This document shows, piece by piece, positions 45,277-55,848 of a DNA stretch of 64,000 nt. The stretch lies in IMG/VR virus record IMGVR_UViG_3300027621_000003, positions 124,001-188,000 of that record, one strand, 5' to 3'. The position numbers were made by a program, and so were the translations under genes. Numbering within the stretch: the first letter of the stretch is position 1; each line of letters begins with the position of its first letter. The notes under the pieces were generated by a model. That model was not told where the DNA came from and made no database searches. It saw nothing but the letters and a program-made list of their open reading frames with translations.

Positions 45277-45648
45277 CTATTGTAAAACAATACGTAAAGT
45301 AACTGGTCCTGATTTAAATTCTGAACCAGCCATTCTTCTTGCCAAATAAAAATCTTTTTTAAGACTTGTTTCTAATGTTTTGGCACGACCAACATTACTT
45401 TGATTATTATCTGTCACAGAAACAAAATGGTTAAATGGTCTATCTAACAAATCTTTTTTAAGTTTGCCAGTTCCATCAATAAAATTTGGGGATATAGGTA
45501 AATAAGATTGGAATTTTTTTCCGTCACAAAATAATGTTAATGTATATTCAACATCATCACCATCACTATCTTTATCCACTTTCAATTTTGTAATAAATGG
45601 ATAAATGTTTCTAAAGAAACTAACTAATATTGATTCCAAATTATCCAT
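45277..45648 (-). CDS. hypothetical protein
   Basis: 123 aa, TATTTAT upstream. Confidence 0.55.
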   Translation of the reverse strand: MDNLESILVSFFRNIYPFITKLKVDKDSDGDDVEYTLTLFCDGKKFQSYLPISPNFIDGTGKLKKDLLDRPFNHFVSVTDNNQSNVGRAKTLETSLKKDFYLARRMAGSEFKSGPVTLRIVLQ

Positions 45649-45676
45649 AGATTATAAATATCTATGTTTTTGGAAA

Positions 45677-45997
45677 TCAATCTTCGTAAAAATATTGTTT
45701 TTTTAACTCATCAATATACTTCTTAGCTGTCAATCTTTTTGAAGCATCATTTAAATTAGGAAAATCATCACCGTAGGCATTTAATAAAACATTAACCAAG
45801 TACTTTTTGGAATTATTTAATAATCTTGATTTACCATTAACGTACATTAAAACAAATGGTTTGTCAGAAAAATCAACAGTTCTACTTTCAACTTCAATAT
45901 TTGACTTTAAAAAATCATAAAACTTTTTATCAATACTTCCTTGATATTGTAATTTAATATCATTTTTGTCATCTTCAGTTAAAATTAAACGTCCCAT
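45677..45997 (-). CDS. hypothetical protein (LILTEDDK tag)
   Basis: 106 aa, TATTTAT upstream. Confidence 0.55.
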   Translation of the reverse strand: MGRLILTEDDKNDIKLQYQGSIDKKFYDFLKSNIEVESRTVDFSDKPFVLMYVNGKSRLLNNSKKYLVNVLLNAYGDDFPNLNDASKRLTAKKYIDELKKQYFYED

Positions 45998-46065
45998 ATG
46001 ATTATAAATAGAACAAAATACAAAAATGATTTTGAAAAGTCAAATAGTATACTTATCTTTGTTAT

Positions 46066-46761
46066 ATGAAAAAGAAAGTTTTATTTATCCTGTTGATTGT
46101 TTTGATTGGCATATCTTTCAAAAAATTCTATTATGATGTTTATGATTCTGATTTCATCTCTATTAAATCAAACTTAAAATATCATACAATTACATTCAAA
46201 GAAGGTAAAACATCTTTTGAAGTTACCAAGAATAAAAACAACTATGATTTTTATGTTAACTCTAATTTTTTCACAAAAAAGAATGATGTTATAGGTGGAT
46301 TAGTAATCAACGGTAAAAAAGAAAATTCACAAACTAATAAAGGTGGTTCATTTGTGGTTAAAAACGGTAAACCTAATATTGTTTTTGGTAAAGTAAAAAA
46401 ATGCGATTATCTATCTCAAAGTATTGTTTGGGCAATTAAAGAAGGTATTGTTAATAAATCTATGTTATATCAGAGACACTCAAAAGAAAATACAATGAGA
46501 CTTTTATTAGGTAAAAACAAAAATGGTGAGATGGTGATTGTTCATTCTAATCCATTGGTTTTTGTTACTATGGATGATATTGTAACTTACGCCAAAGAAC
46601 AAGGTATTGTTAACGGTATTATTTTAGATAGTGGTTCTTCAGTTGATTTGAGTATTGGTACAAAAGAATATTCTCACTCAATTAAAGCAATTCCTTCTTT
46701 TATCAAAAGAAAAATTAAAATTCACGAACCAGTTGTATATATTGCCGGTAACTTCAATTAA
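46066..46761 (+). CDS. phosphodiester glycosidase (NAGPA)-like exported protein
   Basis: VNSNFF..G.VING, R.LLG and LDSGSS motifs. Confidence 0.65.
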   Translation: MKKKVLFILLIVLIGISFKKFYYDVYDSDFISIKSNLKYHTITFKEGKTSFEVTKNKNNYDFYVNSNFFTKKNDVIGGLVINGKKENSQTNKGGSFVVKNGKPNIVFGKVKKCDYLSQSIVWAIKEGIVNKSMLYQRHSKENTMRLLLGKNKNGEMVIVHSNPLVFVTMDDIVTYAKEQGIVNGIILDSGSSVDLSIGTKEYSHSIKAIPSFIKRKIKIHEPVVYIAGNFN

Positions 46762-47561
46762 AAACAAGTATATTTTTTAATATTATTAGCAACTTCTTTT
46801 ATATAACCATGTGTTGATATATTAACTCCATCCCATCTTTCAGTTTTAAAGTTTGGGATGTAGTTAGTTACGGGCCTGTTAAAGACATTTAAATTTTCTT
46901 TTGTTGTTTTTCCTGCAAGTTTACAATCCCTCTTTAAATCAGGATTATTAGTTTCACAATATTTTACAATTTTATCAGGTCCCGTATTAAAACCAACAAT
47001 TGAGATATCTAACGCAGAATTTTCAGTTCCGTCTTTAAAGTTTGAAGATGGGTTTGCGTTATATCCAACATTTCTTGCGGTATTGTAATTTTTAACAACG
47101 TATTGATAAACCGCACCTAACGCACCTATCGCGGTGTTCAAATCAGAAATATCCATTCCAAACTGAGCGGCGGTTTCTGGTTTAACCTGTCCATAACCAA
47201 CAGATGTTTGACCACCAACATAAGCGTATAATGTCTTTAATGGGTTTAGATATGTAAATCTATCACTCCCACCAAAATCACTTTCTCTACCTATAATACC
47301 TAATGCTGTTTTTAGAAAAAGAGGATTGTAACCTTTTTTTAATAAAATATAAACAGGGTATCTAAATACTGTTGGTACACAACTATATTTACTAATTAGA
47401 TTTAAGTCTTCATTTTTATTCTTTGACGATATAAGTCCCGAAGTCATTGATGATGGTGTATCACTATATTGAATATTTGGATTTGAAATCATTTGTTCCA
47501 TTAAAACCTTTTTAATGATTTTTTCTAAATCAGACTCAGAAAGTTTTATAATTTTTTTCAT
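46758..47561 (-). CDS. lytic transglycosylase-like protein with MKKIIKLSESD tag
   Basis: GRESDFG, SVGYGQV and FNTG motifs. Confidence 0.55.
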   Translation of the reverse strand: MKKIIKLSESDLEKIIKKVLMEQMISNPNIQYSDTPSSMTSGLISSKNKNEDLNLISKYSCVPTVFRYPVYILLKKGYNPLFLKTALGIIGRESDFGGSDRFTYLNPLKTLYAYVGGQTSVGYGQVKPETAAQFGMDISDLNTAIGALGAVYQYVVKNYNTARNVGYNANPSSNFKDGTENSALDISIVGFNTGPDKIVKYCETNNPDLKRDCKLAGKTTKENLNVFNRPVTNYIPNFKTERWDGVNISTHGYIKEVANNIKKYTCF

Positions 47562-47562
47562 A

Positions 47563-48981
47563 TTAAAATAATCTAGTGAATGATTCCCACCAACTTGGAG
47601 ATGTTTCTTCTGGATTAACAACGGTACCAGTTGGTCCTGTTTTAACCCAAATTACTTTAGTGTTACCCATCTTACTTAAAGGTGTTGCATGTACGGTGCC
47701 ATGTACAGCGTGAAATATAATAGGTTCACCATTTACAATAGCTCCAACATAGCCCAAGTGAGTATTAATACCAAATCCAGAACCATTTTTCAAACTATTA
47801 CCAGGTATAAATTCAATTTTTTTCTTTAAATCTGAAGGGTTCCAAGGTTGACCATTTTTAGTCATAAAATATGGACCATTGGTTACTTTACTACCACCAC
47901 CCATTTCATCATATCCTGTTGCACCTTCAAAGAAAGCTTTAGTAAAATTATCAGAGCCATTCCAAAAAAGACCAACAACATCATTAACATTTAATATTTT
48001 TTTCAAACCTTGTTGGTTTGGTATTAAACTCATAACTAAATTTTTTGCATTACCTTCTTGACTTTTTTCTGTGGGATTGGAGTTTATTTTACTAAAAAGA
48101 ATTGCCATTTGTCTTTGAGTGTTTGGACTAAGATTTTTGAATGGTGAGAACTCCATATTTTTTTGTCCAATATTGTGTGAGTGCCAAGCATTTCCTTGTC
48201 TTTGGAGACCTAAATCATCCAATTGATTTGAGACCCATTCAGCACAACCCTTTTCCGTACATTTGAATGGTTTTGTTTCTTTGTTAGGGTCAAATAAGAT
48301 ATCTTGTTTAACTAATGAGTCTGAAACTAAAACATTATTTTTAGATATATTATTCTTAGGATTTTTATCCAATCCCTGTATTTTAGTTATTGGGTTGGGG
48401 TTTTTACCTGATTTCCAATCTTTCCAAGCCTTATCGGTTAATTTACCCCAAAATCCATCAGCACCTTTTGAACCTAAATTATATCCAAGAGATATTAATT
48501 TACGTTGTATTCTACGAACTTTTTCTCTAACTTCGGGACTAGTTTGTTCTTGTAAATTTAACGATGGTGGAAACTCTTGTGATTTAGCTCTGTGTGGCTC
48601 ATCCCTTTTACTTAAAGTATGTAATATTTTTTCAAGTACTTTAATGGTCATTACTTTACCATTTTTTCTGTAATATGCGCTGGCTAATTTAAATAACTCA
48701 GCTTCATCACCATATTGTTCTAGTAGTATAGATTTACGTCCCATTTGTAATAAATATCCTTTGTTATCATTTTGTTCATTGTACTGATGTTTAAAATGAA
48801 CATGGTCAGGTTTCATTTGATAGGCTGGCGCATCATATGGTCCTGCACCTTCATCAGTTTCACCTTTAGTGTTTTCGTGACCACATTGATGACATAAATA
48901 TGGATGTTTGTCATCAGGTTCTATGTCCCAAGACCATCCACAATTATCACAGGTGACATCTTTACGAATTAATTTTTTCAT
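47563..48981 (-). CDS. modular cell-wall hydrolase: Zn ribbon, PG-binding domain and CHAP/NlpC-like amidase
   Basis: CDNC/CHQC; IQRKL..LGY..GADGFWGKLT; CAEWVS..GNAW...THLG. Confidence 0.6.
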   Translation of the reverse strand: MKKLIRKDVTCDNCGWSWDIEPDDKHPYLCHQCGHENTKGETDEGAGPYDAPAYQMKPDHVHFKHQYNEQNDNKGYLLQMGRKSILLEQYGDEAELFKLASAYYRKNGKVMTIKVLEKILHTLSKRDEPHRAKSQEFPPSLNLQEQTSPEVREKVRRIQRKLISLGYNLGSKGADGFWGKLTDKAWKDWKSGKNPNPITKIQGLDKNPKNNISKNNVLVSDSLVKQDILFDPNKETKPFKCTEKGCAEWVSNQLDDLGLQRQGNAWHSHNIGQKNMEFSPFKNLSPNTQRQMAILFSKINSNPTEKSQEGNAKNLVMSLIPNQQGLKKILNVNDVVGLFWNGSDNFTKAFFEGATGYDEMGGGSKVTNGPYFMTKNGQPWNPSDLKKKIEFIPGNSLKNGSGFGINTHLGYVGAIVNGEPIIFHAVHGTVHATPLSKMGNTKVIWVKTGPTGTVVNPEETSPSWWESFTRLF

Positions 48982-49150
48982 TACTTTTTGTTATCTCTAT
49001 TACCCCACCACCAACTAACACTGACAACACAAATAAGTACAATACCAACAATTAAAAAGTTCATAATTTTATTTATACTAATTAGTTTATGGTTTTAATA
49101 AACCTTATTAGTTATAAATACTATGAAAGTAATGTTGTTTTACTTTTAAA

Positions 49151-49336
49151 TTAAAAAAGTTTGTTGACTTCCATCATAATTCTTTGTTGTTGCATTTCAA
49201 GAACTTTGATTTGTTTGATGTCATCTTCAGTTGGCTCAAATTTATCAGCTTTGATTAATCTAATTTGTTCGGTAACTCTACCGTGTTGAAATAACAAGTT
49301 GTTATATGCTTGAGCCTTTTGTTCGTTTTTGTCCAT
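49151..49336 (-). CDS. hypothetical protein
   Basis: 61-aa coiled-coil ORF. Confidence 0.55.
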   Translation of the reverse strand: MDKNEQKAQAYNNLLFQHGRVTEQIRLIKADKFEPTEDDIKQIKVLEMQQQRIMMEVNKLF

Positions 49337-49389
49337 AAGAATATTATAGTAATTAACTTAGTTTAATGAATAGTTATTCATTATAATAA

Positions 49390-50190
49390 TTATCTAGCTG
49401 CTAGTGTTGCTGGTGCTGGTGTTGCTGTTGCCGGTTCCTGCACAACACCTGCTGTTGCTGTTTCGGGATTTGGTGTCACAGGTTTTGCCGCTTGTAGTGG
49501 TTCTTCTTCCATAGCATTTGGAAATGCATTGTTCAAATTGGCTATAGTTGTTGTAATAGTAGATAAATCAAATTCTTTTCCATTGGCCAAGTTCTTACCA
49601 AACCATTTTTTATCTTTTACACCATAACGATATTTTTTATCATTTGGATATTCATATTGGTAAATAACACCAATACTACTTCCTGTTGTATTTGGTGTTG
49701 ATTGTCCTGCGGCTTTTAATGCTAGTTTTTTAGCTGGTTGTACCTTAGATTGCTCGGGGGTATTATTGGCCCAAACAACATCAACTCCTGAATTATCCGA
49801 TTTACATTTCCAAGTACCTTTTTTTGTTTCGGCACCTGATGTATTTCCATTTCTAACATATTCTTTAATTGTATTATTTTCCCAATAAACAACAATTGAG
49901 TTGGGGTTAAACAATCTAACAAAGTCCATGTTTGCTGGTGTATAACGTCCTTCAGTATTCAAATTATCTTTCTTGTAATAAACACATGGAAACTTTGGTG
50001 ATTTAGCCTTGACAAGAGCCATGTTCTTTACATTATTTGCAACATTATCATTATATCTTGCCCCACTTGCCTCCATTTCCCCTGCCGTTGCTTCAGTAAT
50101 ATTTTGTTCGTTCAAACTATTATATCCATGGTCTTCATGCATTCCCAAGATTCTATTTTTTTCTTCTTCTGTTATTATAAATTTTTTCAT
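49390..50190 (-). CDS. hypothetical protein (MKKFIITEEEKNRILGMH tag)
   Basis: Tag shared with 51043..51477. Confidence 0.65.
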   Translation of the reverse strand: MKKFIITEEEKNRILGMHEDHGYNSLNEQNITEATAGEMEASGARYNDNVANNVKNMALVKAKSPKFPCVYYKKDNLNTEGRYTPANMDFVRLFNPNSIVVYWENNTIKEYVRNGNTSGAETKKGTWKCKSDNSGVDVVWANNTPEQSKVQPAKKLALKAAGQSTPNTTGSSIGVIYQYEYPNDKKYRYGVKDKKWFGKNLANGKEFDLSTITTTIANLNNAFPNAMEEEPLQAAKPVTPNPETATAGVVQEPATATPAPATLAAR

Positions 50191-50192
50191 AA

Positions 50193-51038
50193 TTATTTTC
50201 CTATATATTGTAAAGTAATATTAATGCCTTGACCTGCATCAATTTTTGCTGTTTGTCCTTTTGTTGATTTTAATGATTGAATTCCTTGATTTAATTTTTC
50301 ATTTGGGACTAATATCTTTAACCAATCGTCTTCCGTTAAAATATCATCAGACACTGTTTGTCTCATAAACCATGCTGCCTTGGAGTTTGATGGCAATGCC
50401 TCACCTGTTAAGTTTCCTTGTTCATCTCTTTTAAGATTTCTTATATTAACATCAAAATTAATACCCTTAAAAGACCCACCAATTTTATATTTGTATGTTG
50501 TATTTGGTATTTTTTTTCCTGCAGCATCTCTTATTGACAAAAAAATTATATTATTATTGTTTGTACTATTTTGAAATAGTATTTTATTTGGTGTAACAGC
50601 CAAAGTATCCATAACCGTTGGTGGACGAACAGGTGCTGGTGGACTCATTACCGTTTCCTCCATCATCTCACCGCTCATTTCTCTTGTGTCTTGGAGAACG
50701 AGTAGAATCGCTTCTTTTGCGTCATCCTGAGTATTATATCCTTGTCCGTTATTACTCCATATTGTACCTTCATATTGAATTGGTGTTTTTTGTGTTGCGT
50801 TTGTTTGATATATGTAAAACTTACCACCTTTATTATAGATATAATATTGTACTGGAGGAGCGCCAAAAGGTCCCGCAACCTTTGTTTCTGCCTGCTCATT
50901 AACCAATGGTTTTGCATCACCAAGTTTGGCATTTAACAGTCTTGAGAAATTTTCGGACATAACCTTAATTCCACCTGTATGTTGTTTACGGATACTATTT
51001 TTCTCCTCGTTTGATAAATCGTTTAAAATGTGTTTCAT
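50193..51038 (-). CDS. hypothetical protein (LSNEEKNSIRKQH tag)
   Basis: 281-aa ORF. Confidence 0.6.
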   Translation of the reverse strand: MKHILNDLSNEEKNSIRKQHTGGIKVMSENFSRLLNAKLGDAKPLVNEQAETKVAGPFGAPPVQYYIYNKGGKFYIYQTNATQKTPIQYEGTIWSNNGQGYNTQDDAKEAILLVLQDTREMSGEMMEETVMSPPAPVRPPTVMDTLAVTPNKILFQNSTNNNNIIFLSIRDAAGKKIPNTTYKYKIGGSFKGINFDVNIRNLKRDEQGNLTGEALPSNSKAAWFMRQTVSDDILTEDDWLKILVPNEKLNQGIQSLKSTKGQTAKIDAGQGINITLQYIGK

Positions 51039-51042
51039 AATT

Positions 51043-51477
51043 TTAAGTAAAATAATTAATTAATAAATTTTTTATATTGGGTAATAATCTTGTAATATCT
51101 TTTGTTTCAGGGTTGTTTAACATATCGTCTAACAATTCATAATCAACATAATCAACATTGGTATTTAAATCTCTGTGAAGTCTATAGGCTTTCACCAATT
51201 TACCTTGTTCAATTAAACTAAATAATGTTTCATCAGTACTAAATTTTGGTGACATCATTAATTTCTTTAATACTGTGTTAACAGCATTAATAATTTTTGG
51301 GTCGTTGATTTGTTCAACATCTTGTTCATTTTGCTCTGACTTTTGAATTTTCAATCCGTTCATTTCAGGACCAAATCCAACACCAGATGGGCTTTCGTTC
51401 AAAGAATTATATCCATACTCTTGGTGCATACCCAAGATTCTAGTTTTTTCTTCTTCTGTAATTATAAATTTTTTCAT
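51043..51477 (-). CDS. hypothetical protein (MKKFIITEEEKTRILGMH tag)
   Basis: Also shares GVGF..NGLKI...EQD with 2952..3557. Confidence 0.65.
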   Translation of the reverse strand: MKKFIITEEEKTRILGMHQEYGYNSLNESPSGVGFGPEMNGLKIQKSEQNEQDVEQINDPKIINAVNTVLKKLMMSPKFSTDETLFSLIEQGKLVKAYRLHRDLNTNVDYVDYELLDDMLNNPETKDITRLLPNIKNLLINYFT

Positions 51478-51606
51478 TAATAATAAATATCACACTACCA
51501 AGAATAACATCTCTCGTATCTCATATTTAACTTTTCAGCACGTTTTGGTTTCCAAACTTTTTTGTGTGATGAACAGGAAAATAAAAACAAACAACAAACA
51601 AGTAAT

Positions 51607-51906
51607 TTAATTTTCATATTTTTTAAATTCTATATCTACCCAATTACTATTTCCAATTATATTACCAAATAATTCTCTGGCTAAATTATAAAGTTTTTGT
51701 ATGGGTAACCCATCAAAATCATTTGAGTATACGGTAAAGTAATAACTTTCGGCTGAAGACCAATTACCCTCATCATCAACATCATCGGCATCTTCTTCAT
51801 ACTCATCTAACACAACAGTTAAATCTGAAAAATCTCTATCATACTTTTTTGTGAAAAAAGTTTTTAATAGTTTTGTTAAACCCTGTTCTAAATTTTTTTT
51901 ATTCAT
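51607..51906 (-). CDS. hypothetical protein
   Basis: 99-aa ORF. Confidence 0.55.
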   Translation of the reverse strand: MNKKNLEQGLTKLLKTFFTKKYDRDFSDLTVVLDEYEEDADDVDDEGNWSSAESYYFTVYSNDFDGLPIQKLYNLARELFGNIIGNSNWVDIEFKKYEN

Positions 51907-51908
51907 AA

Positions 51909-52274
51909 TTAATTTTCAGTAAATAAATGAATACCATTCTTGTCCACAACAAAAAGAAGTATTTTTATAAAATAATCTTTACCCACCAATGGTTTTAATA
52001 TTTTATTTGGAATAATATATGCGTGCCACCAAGCTGGGTCCAAGTTGTAATCTTCCCATAACTTCCCCCTTACCTCCCACTCAGATAAACGAGGTGTGGA
52101 TTCACCGGTACCTAAAAATTCATCTTTAGTTATATTCAAAAACATTTTTATAACTAAGATTTTGGATTCAAAAGGACTAACATTAACTTCAAATTTTTCA
52201 ATAATATCATTTTCTAAAAGATTCAAAAACGAATCTCTATTCATTAATTTTTCTATTACATTTGTAAGTTCCAT
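51909..52274 (-). CDS. hypothetical protein (distant paralog of 52623..52982)
   Basis: LVIK..LNI...KILKPL/KILRPL shared. Confidence 0.55.
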   Translation of the reverse strand: MELTNVIEKLMNRDSFLNLLENDIIEKFEVNVSPFESKILVIKMFLNITKDEFLGTGESTPRLSEWEVRGKLWEDYNLDPAWWHAYIIPNKILKPLVGKDYFIKILLFVVDKNGIHLFTEN

Positions 52275-52598
52275 TTAAAACTTTTGAATGGTTTTTTGTG
52301 AGAATGAAAAACCCCAACCTCCACCATATCTATTGTATCCTAAATTGAAGGTTTTATCTGTCTTACTTATAATACTTTGTTTTAACTCAAAAAGGTTTGG
52401 TTTAGTCAATTCATCATCCAAATTATTAACCAAAACATTAATAATAATTTCTTCACCTCTATCTTTTCCATTAATAGGACCTGAACCATAATAAACACTT
52501 CTGTTTGTAAACCACACATCATCAACCCTATCAAAATTTGATAAGATATACTTTTTAATAATGTTTTCTTTTTGGCTTTCTGTAATCAGGTATTTCAT
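52275..52598 (-). CDS. hypothetical protein (MKYLITESQ tag)
   Basis: 107-aa ORF. Confidence 0.6.
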   Translation of the reverse strand: MKYLITESQKENIIKKYILSNFDRVDDVWFTNRSVYYGSGPINGKDRGEEIIINVLVNNLDDELTKPNLFELKQSIISKTDKTFNLGYNRYGGGWGFSFSQKTIQKF

Positions 52599-52622
52599 TA
52601 GTTATAAATATAAGAAAATAAA

Positions 52623-52982
52623 TTAATCTTTCACCATCACCACGTTTATCATTGAGTGTTCAATAAGTCTATTACCACTAGCATCAATAACAATTAACAC
52701 TCCCCAAGATATTGATTTTAATAAACCTAATGGTCTAAGTATTTTTTTAACAATGGTTTCACTAAGTTTATAAGCGTCAAAATTATTTTCATACAACATT
52801 CTTTCACCATCACCACGTTGTCCTTTATTATTAACATCAATATTAAGAATAACTTTAATAACCAACAACTCTACATCATTGTGTGATGCCACGGTGTATT
52901 CGTGTATAATATCATTTGGTGGTATAATCTTTGGGTTATTCAATAACTCCAAGATGGCTTTGTCGGTGTAAGTCATTTCCAT
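52623..52982 (-). CDS. hypothetical protein
   Basis: 119-aa ORF. Confidence 0.55.
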   Translation of the reverse strand: MEMTYTDKAILELLNNPKIIPPNDIIHEYTVASHNDVELLVIKVILNIDVNNKGQRGDGERMLYENNFDAYKLSETIVKKILRPLGLLKSISWGVLIVIDASGNRLIEHSMINVVMVKD

Positions 52983-53037
52983 GTAGTTTCTATAAATAGT
53001 TTGTTAGTATCATAATTTTTTATTACCTTTGTTCCAA

Positions 53038-53910
53038 ATGAAAGATTTAGGTAAACTAATTAATAAGATGATTGACAAGGCTGTTGTGGGTTGTGATAAA
53101 TATGTTCACAATCATAGTACTTGGTTAATTTTTACTGATGAAAAAAAATGGGTTATTGAATTAACTAAAGATGGTACTTTGTGGTACAATTACGATTTTT
53201 TCAAAAATTTATTTAAGGTTCTTTCTTTAGATGTTGTTGAAAATCAACACTATATTACCAAATGGGTTGAAGATACCATTATAAATGGGGTGAAAAACAC
53301 CACATTTGTATACCATCCACGCATTGATGTTGTTGAAGAAACCATTATAAATGGGGTGAACTACACCGGGTCAAATACCCGGGATGAGTGCCACCAAGTT
53401 GAAGACACCATTCAAAATGGGGTAAAAGAGACTCATTCAGGTTGTGACCTTCTTGTTGATGATTATATTGAGGATACCATTCAAAATGGGGTGAAAGAAA
53501 CCAAGAATGCCATGAGAACACCGAACATAATAATTGAAGACACCATTCAAAATGGGGTGAAACACACCATAGACACCACACATCATAAAAACAAATATGT
53601 TGAAGACGCCATTAAAAATGGGGTGAAACATACCGAATATGGTGATTGGTTAGATGGTGATGAAAGATTTGATGACATCATACAAAATGGGGTAAAACAC
53701 ACCGAAAAATCTCTACAAATTGATGGTTCTTGTGTTGTAGAAGATGTTATTCAAAATGGAATTAAAGAAACCCATGATGATGTTTATCACCATAAAGGTA
53801 GAGTTGGTGGTGTAATTAAAAATGGTATTAAAGAAACAAAATTAATTGATTACTCAGACAATACTGAATTTATTGTAAATGGTGTTATAAGTAGGGGAAT
53901 TAGTATTTAA
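53038..53910 (+). CDS. tandem-repeat protein (about 9 x VEDTIQNGVKxT plus variable spacer)
   Basis: 22-23-aa units; start after TACCTTTG promoter. Confidence 0.7.
   Translation: MKDLGKLINKMIDKAVVGCDKYVHNHSTWLIFTDEKKWVIELTKDGTLWYNYDFFKNLFKVLSLDVVENQHYITKWVEDTIINGVKNTTFVYHPRIDVVEETIINGVNYTGSNTRDECHQVEDTIQNGVKETHSGCDLLVDDYIEDTIQNGVKETKNAMRTPNIIIEDTIQNGVKHTIDTTHHKNKYVEDAIKNGVKHTEYGDWLDGDERFDDIIQNGVKHTEKSLQIDGSCVVEDVIQNGIKETHDDVYHHKGRVGGVIKNGIKETKLIDYSDNTEFIVNGVISRGISI
53266..53838 (+). repeat. constant/variable tandem array, 66-69-nt period
   Basis: gaagacaccattcaaaatggggtgaaa-like repeat separated by unique spacers. Confidence 0.8.
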
Positions 53911-54235
53911 TAAAACTTTTACGTAACCAAAAATACATATCTTTATCCCAAGCCTTATCAAAATCAATTTTAGATAACATCCACAACAATAACTCTTCTT
54001 TTGATACTCCACAGTATTTGTGTAACGCAAATAAAGCATTATAGACCGTTTCATTTAACATACCTAAATTATCATATATTGGAATGTGATATGTATCCCA
54101 TCCATTGACGTACATTATGGGATGTAAAAATTCAATTTCAATTTTAATACAAAACTGATAGGTCGCTGAAACCGTATGGTCCATGTAGTGAACTTTCACC
54201 ACTTTTACCATTTTATCAATAATATTCGGTTTCAT
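53900..54235 (-). CDS. hypothetical protein
   Basis: 111 aa, TATCTTTG promoter. Confidence 0.5.
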   Translation of the reverse strand: MKPNIIDKMVKVVKVHYMDHTVSATYQFCIKIEIEFLHPIMYVNGWDTYHIPIYDNLGMLNETVYNALFALHKYCGVSKEELLLWMLSKIDFDKAWDKDMYFWLRKSFIKY

Positions 54236-54274
54236 ACAACAAAGATAATGTAAATTACTTATATTTACAATTAT

Positions 54275-54529
54275 ATGGTAAATGCTATTGAAAATGTACT
54301 AAACTTGGTTGTAAAACCAAAATATCCATTAGTGGATAAGATAGTGGTACGTGAAGACAATGATTTTGACTATACAACCTATATGATTTACATTATATCA
54401 GATAAGTACGAAGCGCTTAATTATGAAAATAACATTGTTAAAGATATAACAAATGTTTGTAAAAGTATGGGATTAAAAAGAAGAGATATTGAAAATATTA
54501 CTTTTGCAACAAAAGGCATTGATTATTAA
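54275..54529 (+). CDS. hypothetical protein
   Basis: 84-aa ORF. Confidence 0.55.
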   Translation: MVNAIENVLNLVVKPKYPLVDKIVVREDNDFDYTTYMIYIISDKYEALNYENNIVKDITNVCKSMGLKRRDIENITFATKGIDY

Positions 54530-55605
54530 GAAAATGGGTTTTTAATAGGTGAAGAATAGTGAGTCACTTCTCTTCCTGTTTTGTCTATAGAATAATTAGA
54601 ATTTGGGAAAATAATAAATGAATCAAGTGCGTTGTTTGTATAAACAATGTAATCCAAATTTTTCTTATACTTGTATGAATTTTTCATACCAAAAGTATAA
54701 ACAACAATACCATTATCGGTTTTAAAAGTTTTATTGGATGGTTTTACTTGGAACGTTTTTCCTTTTATTGAGAAATCAATTGAATCTACTCTATCTTTTA
54801 TTGAGCCCAAACAATATCTAACAACATCTTTATCCTCAAGACCAAATTTTTGTTTAACAGTTCTCATAAAAGTATCTTCTGTTTTAGAACCACTTTCAAA
54901 AGACCTTATATTTGTTTTAATGGCTCGTTTAAGAATCTCACTATTTTGACCAAAAAGTTTTTCACCATTTTCATTTATCCAAGATTTAAAATCATCAATA
55001 GATTCATTTCGGTTTTCTTTTTTATACTCCTCTAATAATATTTTAATTACACCAGGATTTGTATCAAAAAAGTTAAGGATTGACCATCGTTCACCCTCAA
55101 CTGCTGGAAATATATCAATTACACCATCCAAAGTTTCACAATCAGGTTGATTGATACGACCCCAATTATTTGGATATACTTCTTTTAAAGTATCCAATAT
55201 TGTTTTAGGTACTCCTGATTCGTTTTTCTTCAAATATGTAATATCAAAATTTTCTGTAGATGGTTGTTTTGGTTGGTCAATTAATTCCAACAAACTATCC
55301 ATTTCTTTTGGGTAAATTTGTTTAAAGACAGAACCTTCAACATAGGCATTTCTTTTCAAACGATTATAATTAAAATCGTCAATATCAAATTTATAAACAT
55401 CACCATCATTTGAAATCAAAGATATATTTTCACTATCGGAACCAAACCTTCCTGATTTAGGTGAAAGGTTATTAAAGTATATCCTGTTCATCGGATACTT
55501 AATCCACGGCTTAATATCACGAAAATTAAACTCAACATTAGCATCTCCGTCTGATGAATTTTCAGTTATGATAGTTTTTAATATCTTTAAAAATTTAAAT
55601 CCCAT
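54526..55605 (-). CDS. hypothetical protein, possible C-terminal PD-(D/E)xK nuclease fold
   Basis: G...E...D...IDF...TFQVK pattern; IITE tag. Confidence 0.45.
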   Translation of the reverse strand: MGFKFLKILKTIITENSSDGDANVEFNFRDIKPWIKYPMNRIYFNNLSPKSGRFGSDSENISLISNDGDVYKFDIDDFNYNRLKRNAYVEGSVFKQIYPKEMDSLLELIDQPKQPSTENFDITYLKKNESGVPKTILDTLKEVYPNNWGRINQPDCETLDGVIDIFPAVEGERWSILNFFDTNPGVIKILLEEYKKENRNESIDDFKSWINENGEKLFGQNSEILKRAIKTNIRSFESGSKTEDTFMRTVKQKFGLEDKDVVRYCLGSIKDRVDSIDFSIKGKTFQVKPSNKTFKTDNGIVVYTFGMKNSYKYKKNLDYIVYTNNALDSFIIFPNSNYSIDKTGREVTHYSSPIKNPFS

Positions 55606-55689
55606 AATTCTCTACTGTTAATAAATACACTTATACACATATTAAACACAATTGTTTTAACTTAAATGTTAATATGTTATCTTTGACAT

Positions 55690-55848
55690 ATGAAACAAAA
55701 ACTTATTTACCCAATTATTTTGATTGTATTAGGACTTTTAACATTTGTAAGGTTGTACTTTAATTTAGACCAAATTGGTTGGTTTACAGAGTCCGTATCA
55801 CCGTTGATTGCGGTTTACGCTTTGTACAAGATGTCAAAAGAACAATAA
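55690..55848 (+). CDS. small two-TM protein (52 aa)
   Basis: Hand-translated; ATG right after TATCTTTG, followed by a terminator. Confidence 0.5.
   Translation: MKQKLIYPIILIVLGLLTFVRLYFNLDQIGWFTESVSPLIAVYALYKMSKEQ

Noticed and set aside
53266-53838. Bona fide CRISPR array
   Set aside because: All units are multiples of 3 within an open frame, the repeats vary, and no cas genes or leader are present. Kept only as a coding repeat.
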